This document shows positions 24,850-36,313 of a stretch of 52,439 nt of DNA, in pieces (positions within the stretch are counted from its first letter, which is position 1; each line of letters opens with the position of its first letter). The stretch is taken from the NCBI GenBank assembly GCA_938074435.1, contig CALJEH010000090.1:1-52439 (forward strand), in the 5' to 3' direction. Below the pieces are notes generated by a model, which saw nothing but the letters and a program-made list of their open reading frames with translations, had not been told where the DNA came from and did no database searches. The position numbers were made by a program, and so were the translations under genes. The stretch comes from an uncultured Alphaproteobacteria bacterium. GTDB lineage: Bacteria; Pseudomonadota; Alphaproteobacteria; Rhizobiales; TMED25.

Positions 24850-24910
24850 GTTCACTTTGGACTCATGATGGTGATACTTTTATAGGGGCAAATGCCCCTT
24901 TTTTATTTTT
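24839..24910 (+). promoter_or_regulatory. Transcription attenuator of the ilv-leu operon
   Basis: Hairpin GTATCACC-TGAGTTC...GGACTCA-tgat-GGTGATAC (24839-24877), then terminator AGGGGC-AAAT-GCCCCT with a T-run (24884-24910). Confidence 0.8.
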
Positions 24911-24961
24911 AAGTAATGTTTATTTTGGATATTGAAAAAAATTTAACTGGGTTTTTGTATA

Positions 24962-26725
24962 ATGGGAAAAAATATTAGTGGTGCAGAAATAGTAATTCAA
25001 GCAATTGCAGATCAAGGTGTTGATGTTGTATTTGGTTATCCGGGTGGAGCCGTTCTGCCAATTTATGATGCTATATTTCAGCAAGAAGAAGTTAAGCATA
25101 TTCTTGTAAGGCATGAACAAGGAGCTGCTCATGCCGCAGAAGGTTATGCGCGTTCAACAGGAAAAGTTGGTGTTCTTATAGTGACATCAGGTCCAGGAGC
25201 TACAAATGCTGTAACTGGACTAACAGATGCTCTATTAGACTCAATTCCAATAGTTTGTATTAGTGGACAGGTGCCAACACATCTAATTGGAACTGATGCA
25301 TTTCAGGAAGCCGATACAGTTGGTATAACTAGGGCATGCACAAAGCATAATTGGTTAGTTAAAGATATTAAAGATCTTCCAAGGATTATGCATGAAGCTT
25401 TCTACGTCGCAAGATCAGGTAGACCAGGTCCAGTGTTGATCGATATTCCAAAAGATATTCAGTTTGCTGAAGGTGATTATGAAAATTTATCAAAAATCAC
25501 TCATAAAACTTACACTCCGCCTACCTCTGTGGATCATAAAGCAGTTGGTAAAGTAATAGAAATGATCCAAAGATCAAAAAATCCAATCCTCTACACTGGA
25601 GGTGGTGTTATAAATTCAGGTCCAAATGCCTCAAAATTATTAAAAAAATTCGTTGAAACGACCAATATACCAATTACATCAACACTTATGGGATTGGGTG
25701 CATATCCCGGCTCAGGAAAAAATTGGCTAGGTATGTTAGGAATGCATGGAACATACGAAGCAAATATGGCTATGCATGACTGTGACTTAATGATTTGCTT
25801 GGGTGCAAGGTTTGACGATAGGATTACTGGAAAAATAGATCAATTTTCACCAAATTCCAAGAAAGTGCATATTGATATTGATGCGACTTCAATAAATAAA
25901 AATGTTGATGTAGATCTTGCTATTCTTGCAGATTGCCACAAATTTCTTGTTGAGGCTTTAAAAATTATTAAAGATCGTAATATTAAAAATTTTCCAACTT
26001 ATCAAAAATGGTGGACTCAAATTGATACCTGGAAGACCGTCAATTGCCTCAAATATAAAGCGAACCCTGATATAATTATGCCACAATATGCAATTGAACG
26101 TCTTTACGAACTCACAAAAGACAAAGATACATATATAACAACAGAAGTTGGGCAACACCAAATGTGGGCCGCTCAATTTTATAAATTCGATGAACCCAAT
26201 AGATGGTTAACATCTGGAGGGCTTGGAACAATGGGTTATGGCTTCCCTGCAGCAAATGGAGTGCAAGTCGCGTTTCCTGAATCCTTAGTTATAGATATTG
26301 CAGGTGATGCATCAATTTTGATGAATATTCAGGAACTATCTACAGCAGTTCAGTATAGGTTGAATACTAAAATTTTTATTTTAAACAACAGCTATATGGG
26401 TATGGTAAGACAATGGCAACAGCTTCTTCATGGTAACAGAATTTCAGAAAGTTATTCCGAATCACTACCTGATTTCGTAAAGCTTGCTGAGGCTTATGGT
26501 GCTACCGGTATTCTTGCAAAAAAACCAAAGGATCTGGATGAAGCAATCATAAAAATGATAGAGACACCGGGTCCAGTAATTATGGACTGTCAGGTTGCAA
26601 ATCTTGAAAATTGTTTTCCTATGATACCATCGGGGAAAGCTCATAATGATATGTTACTTGGTGAAGATGTTTCAGATGAACAAGTATCAAATGCAATCGA
26701 TGATGATGGAAAAATAATGGTATAA
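24962..26725 (+). CDS. ilvI: Acetolactate synthase large subunit (IlvI/IlvB)
   Basis: FGYPGGAVLP, RHEQGA, TSGPGATN, VGQHQMW, SGGLGTMG, ThDP motif GDAS...NN. Confidence 0.97.
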   Translation: MGKNISGAEIVIQAIADQGVDVVFGYPGGAVLPIYDAIFQQEEVKHILVRHEQGAAHAAEGYARSTGKVGVLIVTSGPGATNAVTGLTDALLDSIPIVCISGQVPTHLIGTDAFQEADTVGITRACTKHNWLVKDIKDLPRIMHEAFYVARSGRPGPVLIDIPKDIQFAEGDYENLSKITHKTYTPPTSVDHKAVGKVIEMIQRSKNPILYTGGGVINSGPNASKLLKKFVETTNIPITSTLMGLGAYPGSGKNWLGMLGMHGTYEANMAMHDCDLMICLGARFDDRITGKIDQFSPNSKKVHIDIDATSINKNVDVDLAILADCHKFLVEALKIIKDRNIKNFPTYQKWWTQIDTWKTVNCLKYKANPDIIMPQYAIERLYELTKDKDTYITTEVGQHQMWAAQFYKFDEPNRWLTSGGLGTMGYGFPAANGVQVAFPESLVIDIAGDASILMNIQELSTAVQYRLNTKIFILNNSYMGMVRQWQQLLHGNRISESYSESLPDFVKLAEAYGATGILAKKPKDLDEAIIKMIETPGPVIMDCQVANLENCFPMIPSGKAHNDMLLGEDVSDEQVSNAIDDDGKIMV

Positions 26726-26746
26726 ATTAAAACGAAAGTGTGAATT

Positions 26747-27304
26747 ATGAATGAAAAAAATCCTGCCTCAACTTATGATATTATCAAAGTAAATGAAAAT
26801 GAAGAAAAGCATACACTATCAATTATTGTTGATGATGAACCTGGTGTGCTTGCGAGGGTGATTGGGCTATTCGCAGCACGAGGTTTTAATATTGATTCAC
26901 TTACAGTTTCAGAAACAGAAAGTAAGAACCAATTATCCCGTATAACACTTGTGACATCAGGTTCACCAAGTGTCATAGAAAAAATTAAGGTTCAAGTTGA
27001 TAGATTGGTTCCTGTTCACAGAGTTAGTGATTTAACAGCTCAATATGGACAGTACGGAGCTCTTGAGAGAGAACTTGCTCTTATAAAAGTAAAGGGAACA
27101 GGTAACAAGAGACTTGAGGCATTGCGTCTAGCAGAAGCATTTGATGCACAAACAGTAGATGCAAGCTTAGATAGTTTTATTTTTCAAATAACAGGCAGAA
27201 CCCGTGAAATCGATCGTTTTATTAACTTAATGTCAAGCGTGGGTTTAACAGAAGTTTCACGAACGGGTGTTGCAGCGCTTAAAAGAGGAGCGGATAACAC
27301 TTAA
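26747..27304 (+). CDS. ilvH: Acetolactate synthase small regulatory subunit (IlvH/IlvN)
   Basis: ACT domain EPGVLARVIGLF..RGFNIDSLTV; ERELALIKV; SRTG. Confidence 0.96.
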   Translation: MNEKNPASTYDIIKVNENEEKHTLSIIVDDEPGVLARVIGLFAARGFNIDSLTVSETESKNQLSRITLVTSGSPSVIEKIKVQVDRLVPVHRVSDLTAQYGQYGALERELALIKVKGTGNKRLEALRLAEAFDAQTVDASLDSFIFQITGRTREIDRFINLMSSVGLTEVSRTGVAALKRGADNT

Positions 27305-27387
27305 TTCATTTTCTTTTGAATAAAGATGCATTATAAATCTTTAGAGTAAGTCTTTAGAATATGAAATTAATGTAGAAATTTTAATAA

Positions 27388-28428
<1,041 letters not shown>

Positions 28429-28435
28429 TTAGCCA

Positions 28436-29965
28436 ATGACAACAGACGGCAACCATATTAGAATTTTTGATACCACACTTCGTGACGGTGAGCAATCACC
28501 GGGAGCTACAATGACGCTTGATGAAAAGCTTCAAGTCGCGGAGCTGCTTGATGAGATGGGGGTGGATATCATTGAAGCGGGTTTCCCAATTGCATCAAAT
28601 GGTGATTTTGAAGCTGTATCTAAAATAGCTGAAAGATCAAAAAATTCTATCATTGCAGGTCTTGCAAGAGCTATACCCGAGGATATTGATAGAGCTGGTG
28701 AGGCTGTGTCAAGAGCAAAAAGAGGTCGCATACACACATTTGTATCTACTTCGCCCATACACTTACAGCACCAAATGAAAAAAAACGAAGAGGAAGTGCT
28801 TGAAATAATTCAAAAAACAGTCACACAAGCAAGAAATCTTGTAGAAGACGTTGAGTGGTCTGGAATGGATGCAACAAGAACCCCAGTTGATTTCTTATGT
28901 AAATGTGTGGAGGTTGCAATCAGAAATGGTGCCACCACAATAAATATCCCAGATACAGTTGGTTATGCAATACCAAGAGAGTTTAATAACCTTATAAAGA
29001 CTCTAAGAGAGAAAGTGCCTGGTGCTGATGAAGTAATTTTTTCTACCCATTGTCATAATGATCTTGGTTTGGCTGTGGCTAATTCACTTGCTGGAGTTGA
29101 GGCGGGTGCAAGGCAAATTGAATGCACTATAAATGGTCTTGGTGAGAGAGCTGGTAATGCAGCACTTGAAGAAGTTGTAATGGCTATCAATACTAGGTCA
29201 GACGCATTGCCTTTCACTACAAATATTGATACTTCGAAGATCCTTAGAGCGTCTAAGTTAGTGTCTGCAATCACCTCATTTCCTGTACAATATAACAAAG
29301 CAATTGTTGGGAAAAATGCATTTGCACATGAATCTGGCATTCATCAGGATGGTATGCTTAAGAATAGCCAAACATATGAAATTATGAGTCCAGAAAGCAT
29401 TGGTCTCAAAGAATCTTCTCTTGTAATGGGGAAACATTCTGGTAGGCATGCCTTCAAGGAAAAGTTAGCTGATCTAGGGTATGTATTAGGAGATAATGCA
29501 TTTCAGGATGCTTTTGAACGTTTCAAAGCCTTAGCTGATAAGAAAAAAAATATTTATGATGAAGATATAATGGCTCTCGTAGATGATGAGATTTCAAGTA
29601 CCAGCGATAGATTAAAGTTCAAATCTCTTATAGTTCATGCTGGAACACAGGGGCCGCAAAGTGCAGAACTTGAAATGGAAGTTGATGGTAAAATTATACA
29701 TAATAAATCAACTGGTGATGGTCCTGTAGATGCAATTTTCAACTGTATAAAGGCTATTTTCCCTCATAAAGCAACATTACCACTTTATCAAGTACAAGCT
29801 GTTACAGAAGGTACGGATGCACAAGCTGAAGTAAGTGTTCGATTAGAAGATGGTGGAGTCTCTTCAACTGGAAGAGGGGCTGATACTGATACACTGGTTG
29901 CATCTGCACGTGCTTATATAAGCGCATTAAATCGACTTATAATAGTCAAAGAGCGAAGTAAATAA
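28436..29965 (+). CDS. leuA: 2-isopropylmalate synthase
   Basis: FDTTLRDGEQSPG, HCHNDLG, GERAGNA, HESGIHQDG, regulatory domain GDGPVDA. Confidence 0.98.
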   Translation: MTTDGNHIRIFDTTLRDGEQSPGATMTLDEKLQVAELLDEMGVDIIEAGFPIASNGDFEAVSKIAERSKNSIIAGLARAIPEDIDRAGEAVSRAKRGRIHTFVSTSPIHLQHQMKKNEEEVLEIIQKTVTQARNLVEDVEWSGMDATRTPVDFLCKCVEVAIRNGATTINIPDTVGYAIPREFNNLIKTLREKVPGADEVIFSTHCHNDLGLAVANSLAGVEAGARQIECTINGLGERAGNAALEEVVMAINTRSDALPFTTNIDTSKILRASKLVSAITSFPVQYNKAIVGKNAFAHESGIHQDGMLKNSQTYEIMSPESIGLKESSLVMGKHSGRHAFKEKLADLGYVLGDNAFQDAFERFKALADKKKNIYDEDIMALVDDEISSTSDRLKFKSLIVHAGTQGPQSAELEMEVDGKIIHNKSTGDGPVDAIFNCIKAIFPHKATLPLYQVQAVTEGTDAQAEVSVRLEDGGVSSTGRGADTDTLVASARAYISALNRLIIVKERSK

Positions 29966-29975
29966 CTCATCTTTG

Positions 29976-30051
<76 letters not shown>

Positions 30052-30169
30052 ATTATAGATTTTTAAGGACTTATATAATGTAGTCAGTTATAAAACTGCT
30101 ATAATCTATTGATATTTCTTTAATTTTATTATTTAATGAACTGTTAACTATTTTAAAAGGGAGAATAAA

Positions 30170-31378
30170 ATGTTAAGAATTTTTATGTCTTTACTTGCCC
30201 TTGTTACATTTGGTTTTGGCACAGCCCAAGCTGATGAAATAAAGGTCGGTATGATTATGAGTTTCACTGGTCCCCTTGAGTCACTCGTACCACCAATGGT
30301 GGATAGTGCTGAACTAGCTTTTAATGAAGCAAATGCATCAGGAGAGCTACTTAATGGATCAACTATTACTCTTGTAAAAGGTGATGCTACATGTATTGAC
30401 TCAGCAGCGGCTGTTACAGCAGCTGAAGCAGCGGTAGCAGAGGGTGTTGTTGCTATATTTGGAGCTGACTGCTCAGGTGTTACAAAAGCTGTAACACAAA
30501 ATGTTGGCATGCCAAATGGTATTCCAAATATATCACCTGCAGCGACTTCGCCATCTTTAACAACTGAACCTGACAATGGTTTATTCTACAGAACTGCCCC
30601 ATCAGATGCCAGAGGCGGTGAAGTATTAGCAGCAATTACTGCAGATAAAGGTGTAAATAGTGTTGCCATCACTTATATTAATAATGACTATGGTGTTGGT
30701 CTCGCAGATGTTTTTGAAGCAGCAGTTGAATCAATGGGAATTGAAGTTACAGCGAAAATAGCTCATGAAGGTGATAAAGCAGACTACAGCGCAGAGGTTG
30801 GTGTTTTATCCGCCGCTGGCGGCGATGCACTTGCAGTACTTGGCTATATTGATCAAGGTGGTAATAATATTATTCGTGGTACTTTGGACGCGGGCTCATT
30901 TGATCAGTTTGCTCTTGGTGATGGTATGATTGGAACTTCACTTGAAGAAGCATTTGGTGATGAACTAAATGGTTCTTGGGGTTCTACACCAGGATCTCTT
31001 GGTGAGGCATTCCAAAAATTCCAAGCATATGCATCAGCTAATGACGTAGATCCAAATAGCGTTTATGCTGGTGAGTCATATGATGCTGCAGCTCTTCTAA
31101 TCTTAGCAATGCAAGCTGGTGATTGTGATATTAGCGGTTGTAATGGATCTACTGATGGTAGAAGTATTGCAGATAACATTCAAAAAATTGCTAACGGATC
31201 TGGACCTAAAATCTATGCAGGGGAACTTGCTAAAGGTTTAAGGTTACTAAGAGCTGGTAATTCAATTAACTATCAAGGTGCTACAGATGTTAACTTCACT
31301 GAAGTCGGTGAAGCATTTGGTCAATTCTTAGAAAAAGGTTATGTTGACGGTAAGTTCGTTAATGTAGGTGCTAGATAG
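30170..31378 (+). CDS. ABC transporter substrate-binding protein, Leu/Ile/Val-binding (HAAT) fold
   Basis: Signal peptide, FTGPLES, ISPAATSPSLT, FYRTAPSD, NNDYG, YDAA; GGGAGA RBS. Confidence 0.92.
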   Translation: MLRIFMSLLALVTFGFGTAQADEIKVGMIMSFTGPLESLVPPMVDSAELAFNEANASGELLNGSTITLVKGDATCIDSAAAVTAAEAAVAEGVVAIFGADCSGVTKAVTQNVGMPNGIPNISPAATSPSLTTEPDNGLFYRTAPSDARGGEVLAAITADKGVNSVAITYINNDYGVGLADVFEAAVESMGIEVTAKIAHEGDKADYSAEVGVLSAAGGDALAVLGYIDQGGNNIIRGTLDAGSFDQFALGDGMIGTSLEEAFGDELNGSWGSTPGSLGEAFQKFQAYASANDVDPNSVYAGESYDAAALLILAMQAGDCDISGCNGSTDGRSIADNIQKIANGSGPKIYAGELAKGLRLLRAGNSINYQGATDVNFTEVGEAFGQFLEKGYVDGKFVNVGAR

Positions 31379-31387
31379 CTTAAATAA

Positions 31388-31418
31388 TATCACCCCACAT
31401 TTATTATGTGGGGTGATA
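31388..31418. terminator. Bidirectional intrinsic terminator
   Basis: TATCACCCCACAT-ttatt-ATGTGGGGTGATA, perfect 13-bp stem between convergent genes. Confidence 0.85.
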
Positions 31419-31420
31419 AT

Positions 31421-32788
31421 TTAATTTTTAATAATCTTCTCAGGCAATAGGCCTTTTGGTCTATATCTCATAACAACCAATAAACCAAGGCCCATCATTA
31501 AATATCTGAAATAAGGGATGCTATCAATTAGATGCATTTTTAGTTGATTTGTATTATCAATCCCACTCATCAATGTATTAATCACAAATAATGCAAATGG
31601 CGCTGATTCAATCCAAATAAACCACACAACAAATGCTCCGATTATAGCCCCATAATTATTACCTGTTCCACCAAGTAGAACCATAACCCAAATTATGAAG
31701 GTGTACCTTAATGGTTGGTAACTTGCTGGTGTGAAGAGTCCATCATATGTAACGAGCATTGCACCTGAAAAACCTATGATAGCAGAGCCAATCATAAATA
31801 TATGCAGATGTCTTTTTACAACATCTTTACCCATAGCTTTTGCTGCATCTTCATTATCACGTATTGCTCTCATCATTCTACCCCATGGCGATCTGAGGGC
31901 TTTTTCTGAAAATACTAGTAGTGTAATCACTACTATAGAGAAAATTAGGCTAAAACATAATTTTACAAAAATACTTGATGAGGTCATCACTAAGTCATTT
32001 AATAAAATAACTTTTTCTTCAAAATCTGTAATTTTTGATAATCTTCCTTTGAATAAGTATTCAATAAAATTTACAAACCAATCTGAATTTTGAAGGTCTA
32101 CCTCAAATGGTGCTGGTCTCTTCAGTCCGGTTACATTTTTAACGCCCCTTGTAAGCCATTCTTCATGCTTGACGTATGATACAACAATTCCTGAAATTAA
32201 AAGTGTAGAAATTGCAAGATAGTCTGATCTAAGGCCTAAGCAGACTTTACCTATAACAAATGCGATTATTGCAGCAAAAAAAGCTCCAACAAACCATGAG
32301 AGAATTATTGGTAGGTCAAAACCACCCAAAAAACCACTAGTCGCAGCATCAATAGACTCGATTGCAGAAATTGATGGTCCTGCAACTAACTTCATGATTG
32401 GTATTACTGAAATTACTAAAAAGAATAATAAATAGTTTTTGTATTTCGATTGCCATTTTCGATGAACGTAAAAAATGCCAGCAATTAAGATAAACAAAAT
32501 GAGGCCAGATAATATAATTCCAAATCCACCTGCAGACCAAGCCTCAGTGACTGGTGGCACTGATACAATTATAGTAGCAAAGCCACCTATAGCTAAAAAA
32601 CCCATAACACCAAAATTAATTAGTCCTGAGTATCCCCATTGAATATTAACACCCATCGACATTACTGCAGAAATTAAGCAAAGATTGAGAATAGCTAGAG
32701 CAACACCCCAAGATTGGAGAAAACCAATCATAACAAGCAGTAGTGCCATGACTCCAAAAGCAAGTTTTATATCAAGATTATTTCTCAA
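31421..32788 (-). CDS. HAAT-family ABC transporter permease (LivM-like)
   Basis: NIQWGYSGLINFG, LRSDYLAI, SPWGRMMRAIRDNE, LGGTGNNYGAI. Confidence 0.92.
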   Translation of the reverse strand: MRNNLDIKLAFGVMALLLVMIGFLQSWGVALAILNLCLISAVMSMGVNIQWGYSGLINFGVMGFLAIGGFATIIVSVPPVTEAWSAGGFGIILSGLILFILIAGIFYVHRKWQSKYKNYLLFFLVISVIPIMKLVAGPSISAIESIDAATSGFLGGFDLPIILSWFVGAFFAAIIAFVIGKVCLGLRSDYLAISTLLISGIVVSYVKHEEWLTRGVKNVTGLKRPAPFEVDLQNSDWFVNFIEYLFKGRLSKITDFEEKVILLNDLVMTSSSIFVKLCFSLIFSIVVITLLVFSEKALRSPWGRMMRAIRDNEDAAKAMGKDVVKRHLHIFMIGSAIIGFSGAMLVTYDGLFTPASYQPLRYTFIIWVMVLLGGTGNNYGAIIGAFVVWFIWIESAPFALFVINTLMSGIDNTNQLKMHLIDSIPYFRYLMMGLGLLVVMRYRPKGLLPEKIIKN

Positions 32789-33795
32789 ATAACTTTTCCC
32801 TTAAATATTCCGTTTGGTCTGTATATTAGAACTACAACAAGTATCGCAAAAGATATCGCAAATTTATAGTCCGTTGATATGTATTGAACTAAGCTACTTG
32901 GTTCTAATTGCTCTGGCAATAGATATACTAGAAATTTCTTGTATGCATATGTCAGTCCAATCTCTGTGAAAGCAATAACAAAACCTCCATAGAATGCGCC
33001 GAGAGGATTTCCTATGCCTCCTACAATAGTTGCTGCAAAAATGGGTAATAAATTATTCCAATAGGATAATGGTTTAAAGCTTTTATCTAAACCGTATAGA
33101 GAGCCAGCAATCGTAGCAAGTATTGAGACAATAACCCAAGTATATATTATTATTTTTGTTGGATCTATTCCCGACAATAGCGCTAGGTCTTCATTATTTG
33201 AATATGCTCTCATTGATTTGCCAGTTTTAGTTTTATTGAGAAAATAAAATAGTATTGCACATGTTATAATTGTAGTTATGAAAGTAATGACTTGAGTAGA
33301 TTTTAGGGCTATACCCTCATTTAACCCAGTCATTTTCTTGAACTCACCAGCCTTCATAATGAACCTCGCTCCATCCATAAAAATAACATCACCAGGACCA
33401 ATTATAATCCTTACTATTGCATTTAAAATAAACATAACTCCAATGCTGACAACAATTAGGATTACCGGTTCGCTTTTTTTATCTCGGTAATATTTGAATA
33501 CTGTCTTATCAAAAAATAAACTCAATATGATTGTAGCAATTATTCCAATGGGCAGAGCCAGTAAAGCTGTAGGTAAGAAACCAAGGGTAATTCCTAATGA
33601 TTGTAAATACCAAGTAGTTAATATAACAACCATTGTAGCAAAGGCCATTAAATCGCCATATGCAAAATTAGCAAATCTAAGAACCCCATATATGATCGTG
33701 ACACCTATAGCCCCTAATGCAAGCTGTGAACCATATGTCAATGCTGGCACGATAATATAATTGGTCAGAAGTACAATTGCATTTAAAAAATCCAT
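32785..33795 (-). CDS. HAAT-family ABC transporter permease (LivH-like)
   Basis: GVTIIYGVLRFANFAYG, TKTGKSMRA, VGGIGNP.GA, RPNGIF. Confidence 0.92.
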   Translation of the reverse strand: MDFLNAIVLLTNYIIVPALTYGSQLALGAIGVTIIYGVLRFANFAYGDLMAFATMVVILTTWYLQSLGITLGFLPTALLALPIGIIATIILSLFFDKTVFKYYRDKKSEPVILIVVSIGVMFILNAIVRIIIGPGDVIFMDGARFIMKAGEFKKMTGLNEGIALKSTQVITFITTIITCAILFYFLNKTKTGKSMRAYSNNEDLALLSGIDPTKIIIYTWVIVSILATIAGSLYGLDKSFKPLSYWNNLLPIFAATIVGGIGNPLGAFYGGFVIAFTEIGLTYAYKKFLVYLLPEQLEPSSLVQYISTDYKFAISFAILVVVLIYRPNGIFKGKVI

Positions 33796-34497
33796 TTAAC
33801 CACCTAAAAATGACTTTCTAATTTCATCATCGTTGAGGAGATAATCTCCACTACCTTCATAGGCATTTCTTCCAGTAACAAGGATATAACCCCGGTCTGA
33901 TATATCCAAAGCTTGTCTAGCATTTTGTTCAACCATCAGTACAGCTATATTTTGTTTTTTAATATTTAAAATATGTTCAAATATCTCATCCATGACAACT
34001 GGAGATACACCAGCAGTTGGTTCATCTAACATTAAAACCTTAGGATTAGTCATTAGTGCTCTAGCAAGTGCAACTTGTTGACGTTGACCACCAGAGAGTT
34101 CTCCTGCTAACTGATCTTGCTTTTCATTCATTATAGGGAATAAGTCATACATTTCTTTAATGCGAGCACTAATATCACCATCAGTTAAGAATGCTCCCAT
34201 CTCAAGGTTTTCTTGTACAGTTAGTTCAGTAAAAATATTATTAGTTTGTGGAACAAATGAAATACCTGATTTTATCCGCTCTTGTGTTTTTAATTTTGTA
34301 ATATTTTTTCCATCAAGAATTACTTCTCCCGCCTTCAAATCTAAAATCCCCAGCATAGCTTTCATTGCTGTAGATTTACCTGCACCATTTGGTCCTAGAA
34401 TTGATACAATCTCACCCTGATTAACTTCAAAACTACATTCTTCAATGATATTGACGCCACCATAACCTCCGGTTAAATTTTTTGCAGAGAAATACAT
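33796..34497 (-). CDS. HAAT-family ABC transporter ATP-binding protein (LivF-like)
   Basis: GPNGAGKST, LSGGQRQ, LDEPT, VEQNA. Confidence 0.93.
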   Translation of the reverse strand: MYFSAKNLTGGYGGVNIIEECSFEVNQGEIVSILGPNGAGKSTAMKAMLGILDLKAGEVILDGKNITKLKTQERIKSGISFVPQTNNIFTELTVQENLEMGAFLTDGDISARIKEMYDLFPIMNEKQDQLAGELSGGQRQQVALARALMTNPKVLMLDEPTAGVSPVVMDEIFEHILNIKKQNIAVLMVEQNARQALDISDRGYILVTGRNAYEGSGDYLLNDDEIRKSFLGG

Positions 34498-35273
34498 TAT
34501 TTTTTTAAACCTCTACCCAAATATGATTCAATAACCTCATCATTATTCCTAATCTCATTAGATGTTCCTTTGAATAGTACTGATCCCTCTGCTAATACAA
34601 TTATAGGATCGCAGAGCCTGCTAATTAGTTCAAAGTCATGCTCAATCATACAGAAAGTATAGCCTTTTTCTTTATTTAATCTCTGTATTGAGTCTGCAAT
34701 ATCATTCAACAATGTTTTATTAACGCCTGCTCCGACCTCATCAAGAAAAACTATTTTTGCATCTACCATCATTGTTCTTGCTAATTCTAAAAGTTTTTTT
34801 TGACCACCAGACAAGTTGCCTGCTAATTCGTTCTTTAAATGATCAATTTTTAGAAATTCAAGTACTTCAAAGGCTTTATTCCTAATGATTTTGTCTTCTT
34901 CATTAATTTTTTTTCTATTTAATAATGAGTAGAGCAAGCTTTCGCCATTTTGATTACCTGGCACAACCATCAAATTTTCTACTACAGTCATATTTGTGAA
35001 TTCATGAGCAATTTGGAATGTTCTCAGCATTCCTAGTGAGAATAGTTTGTAGGACTCAAGTCCGGTTATATCGTCATTGTTATAAAAAACTAAACCTTCT
35101 TCAGGTTTTAAATGACCAGTTATTACATTAAATAAGGTGCTCTTACCTGATCCATTAGGTCCAATGATTCCGGTTATTGAATTTTCTCCGATATCAATAT
35201 TACAATTATTTAATGCAACAAGCCCACCAAATCTCTTGGTCAGGTTTCGAACGCTTAATATCGTTTTACTCAT
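34497..35273 (-). CDS. HAAT-family ABC transporter ATP-binding protein (LivG-like)
   Basis: KRFGGL, GPNGSGKSTLFN, RTFQ, IEHD, VIESYLG. Confidence 0.93.
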   Translation of the reverse strand: MSKTILSVRNLTKRFGGLVALNNCNIDIGENSITGIIGPNGSGKSTLFNVITGHLKPEEGLVFYNNDDITGLESYKLFSLGMLRTFQIAHEFTNMTVVENLMVVPGNQNGESLLYSLLNRKKINEEDKIIRNKAFEVLEFLKIDHLKNELAGNLSGGQKKLLELARTMMVDAKIVFLDEVGAGVNKTLLNDIADSIQRLNKEKGYTFCMIEHDFELISRLCDPIIVLAEGSVLFKGTSNEIRNNDEVIESYLGRGLKK

Positions 35274-35342
35274 AACAACCCAAAAAATATTTCATATTAT
35301 CTTATCACAATCCTTTTTTTATAGCTTTGATATGAAAGACAT

Positions 35343-35903
35343 TTATACAAGTTTTTTCTTTATGAAGCTCATTATAGATAAGACAAAGCCTATTATTATC
35401 AATGAGATAACTAATATAGAAATAATCCATTTTATCATATTTGAGTAAGAGGCAATTTGTGAGTATAATGTTTGGATAGTTTCTGTTTTGAGATAATTAT
35501 CGGAAATTAAAGCAAGATTTAAATTTTCTATCCAATCAAACAAAACCTGAGCGAATGGTAATAAATTAAAAGTCCTGAGCTTATTCTGGAATGGTCTATA
35601 TAAGTACGATAGCCAGAATGTATACATTACTCCATATAGAACACTAAATAAACTATCCCAGATGAGGTTGAAATTGATATATGAGTGGATCATTTCATTT
35701 GTTCGAACAGATAGATAACTGAGGATTTCTGTCTCTCCAAATCCAAAAGTTGTACCGAGTGACTTCGGCATTCCACCAGTCACATCAAAAGGGACAGATT
35801 TAGCAACTAAAACATTAAGGAGATAGGTGAGAAATATTATAGTTGATAGAATAGCAAGAATGAATGAAGATTTATCATAGAAAAATTTCGACATTTTATT
35901 CAT
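35343..35903 (-). CDS. Hypothetical membrane protein (about 4 TM)
   Basis: GGAG RBS; hydrophobic segments; D..F...YG and FDWIEN motifs. Confidence 0.75.
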   Translation of the reverse strand: MNKMSKFFYDKSSFILAILSTIIFLTYLLNVLVAKSVPFDVTGGMPKSLGTTFGFGETEILSYLSVRTNEMIHSYINFNLIWDSLFSVLYGVMYTFWLSYLYRPFQNKLRTFNLLPFAQVLFDWIENLNLALISDNYLKTETIQTLYSQIASYSNMIKWIISILVISLIIIGFVLSIMSFIKKKLV

Positions 35904-35926
35904 TTTGTTACTCCAAAAATATTTTA

Positions 35927-36313
35927 TTAGAAAGTTATCATTTTGTATATCAGAAGATAATAATCAACTTTATTGAATGTCTCCAGTGTTTGAATGTTGA
36001 GTGATATTAAAAATAAATAGATAAAGAAATTAAATAAAGCACTGAAATCAACTATGAAGTGTTTCAATTTAGTTTTGTGATTATAAAAATAATAATTAAT
36101 AGTAGCTAGAATCAAAATTGTGGCAATTAATGCCCAAATACATCTTAATACGCAATAAATTAGGCAAACAGATATCAATACAATAATTAGATATCTGAAC
36201 TGTTCGTTGTACGTATTTACGAAAAAAATATTGATGGAATATATAAACAGGTAAATAATAATTGCATCACGAATGCATGTAAAAATATGTCTTTTGCTAA
36301 AAGATGGCATCAT
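35927..36313 (-). CDS. Hypothetical membrane protein
   Basis: 128-aa hydrophobic ORF; start overlaps the stop of the upstream gene; very AT-rich. Confidence 0.55.
   Translation of the reverse strand: MMPSFSKRHIFTCIRDAIIIYLFIYSINIFFVNTYNEQFRYLIIVLISVCLIYCVLRCIWALIATILILATINYYFYNHKTKLKHFIVDFSALFNFFIYLFLISLNIQTLETFNKVDYYLLIYKMITF

Noticed and set aside
24800..24910. Possible riboswitch or T-box upstream of ilvI
   Set aside because: No T-box or known aptamer consensus is visible; the leader peptide plus terminator explains the region.
30133..30148. CtrA-like TTAA-N7-TTAAC upstream of the SBP gene
   Set aside because: An almost all-A/T motif is expected several times by chance in 52 kb of such AT-rich DNA, and the target is not a cell-cycle gene.
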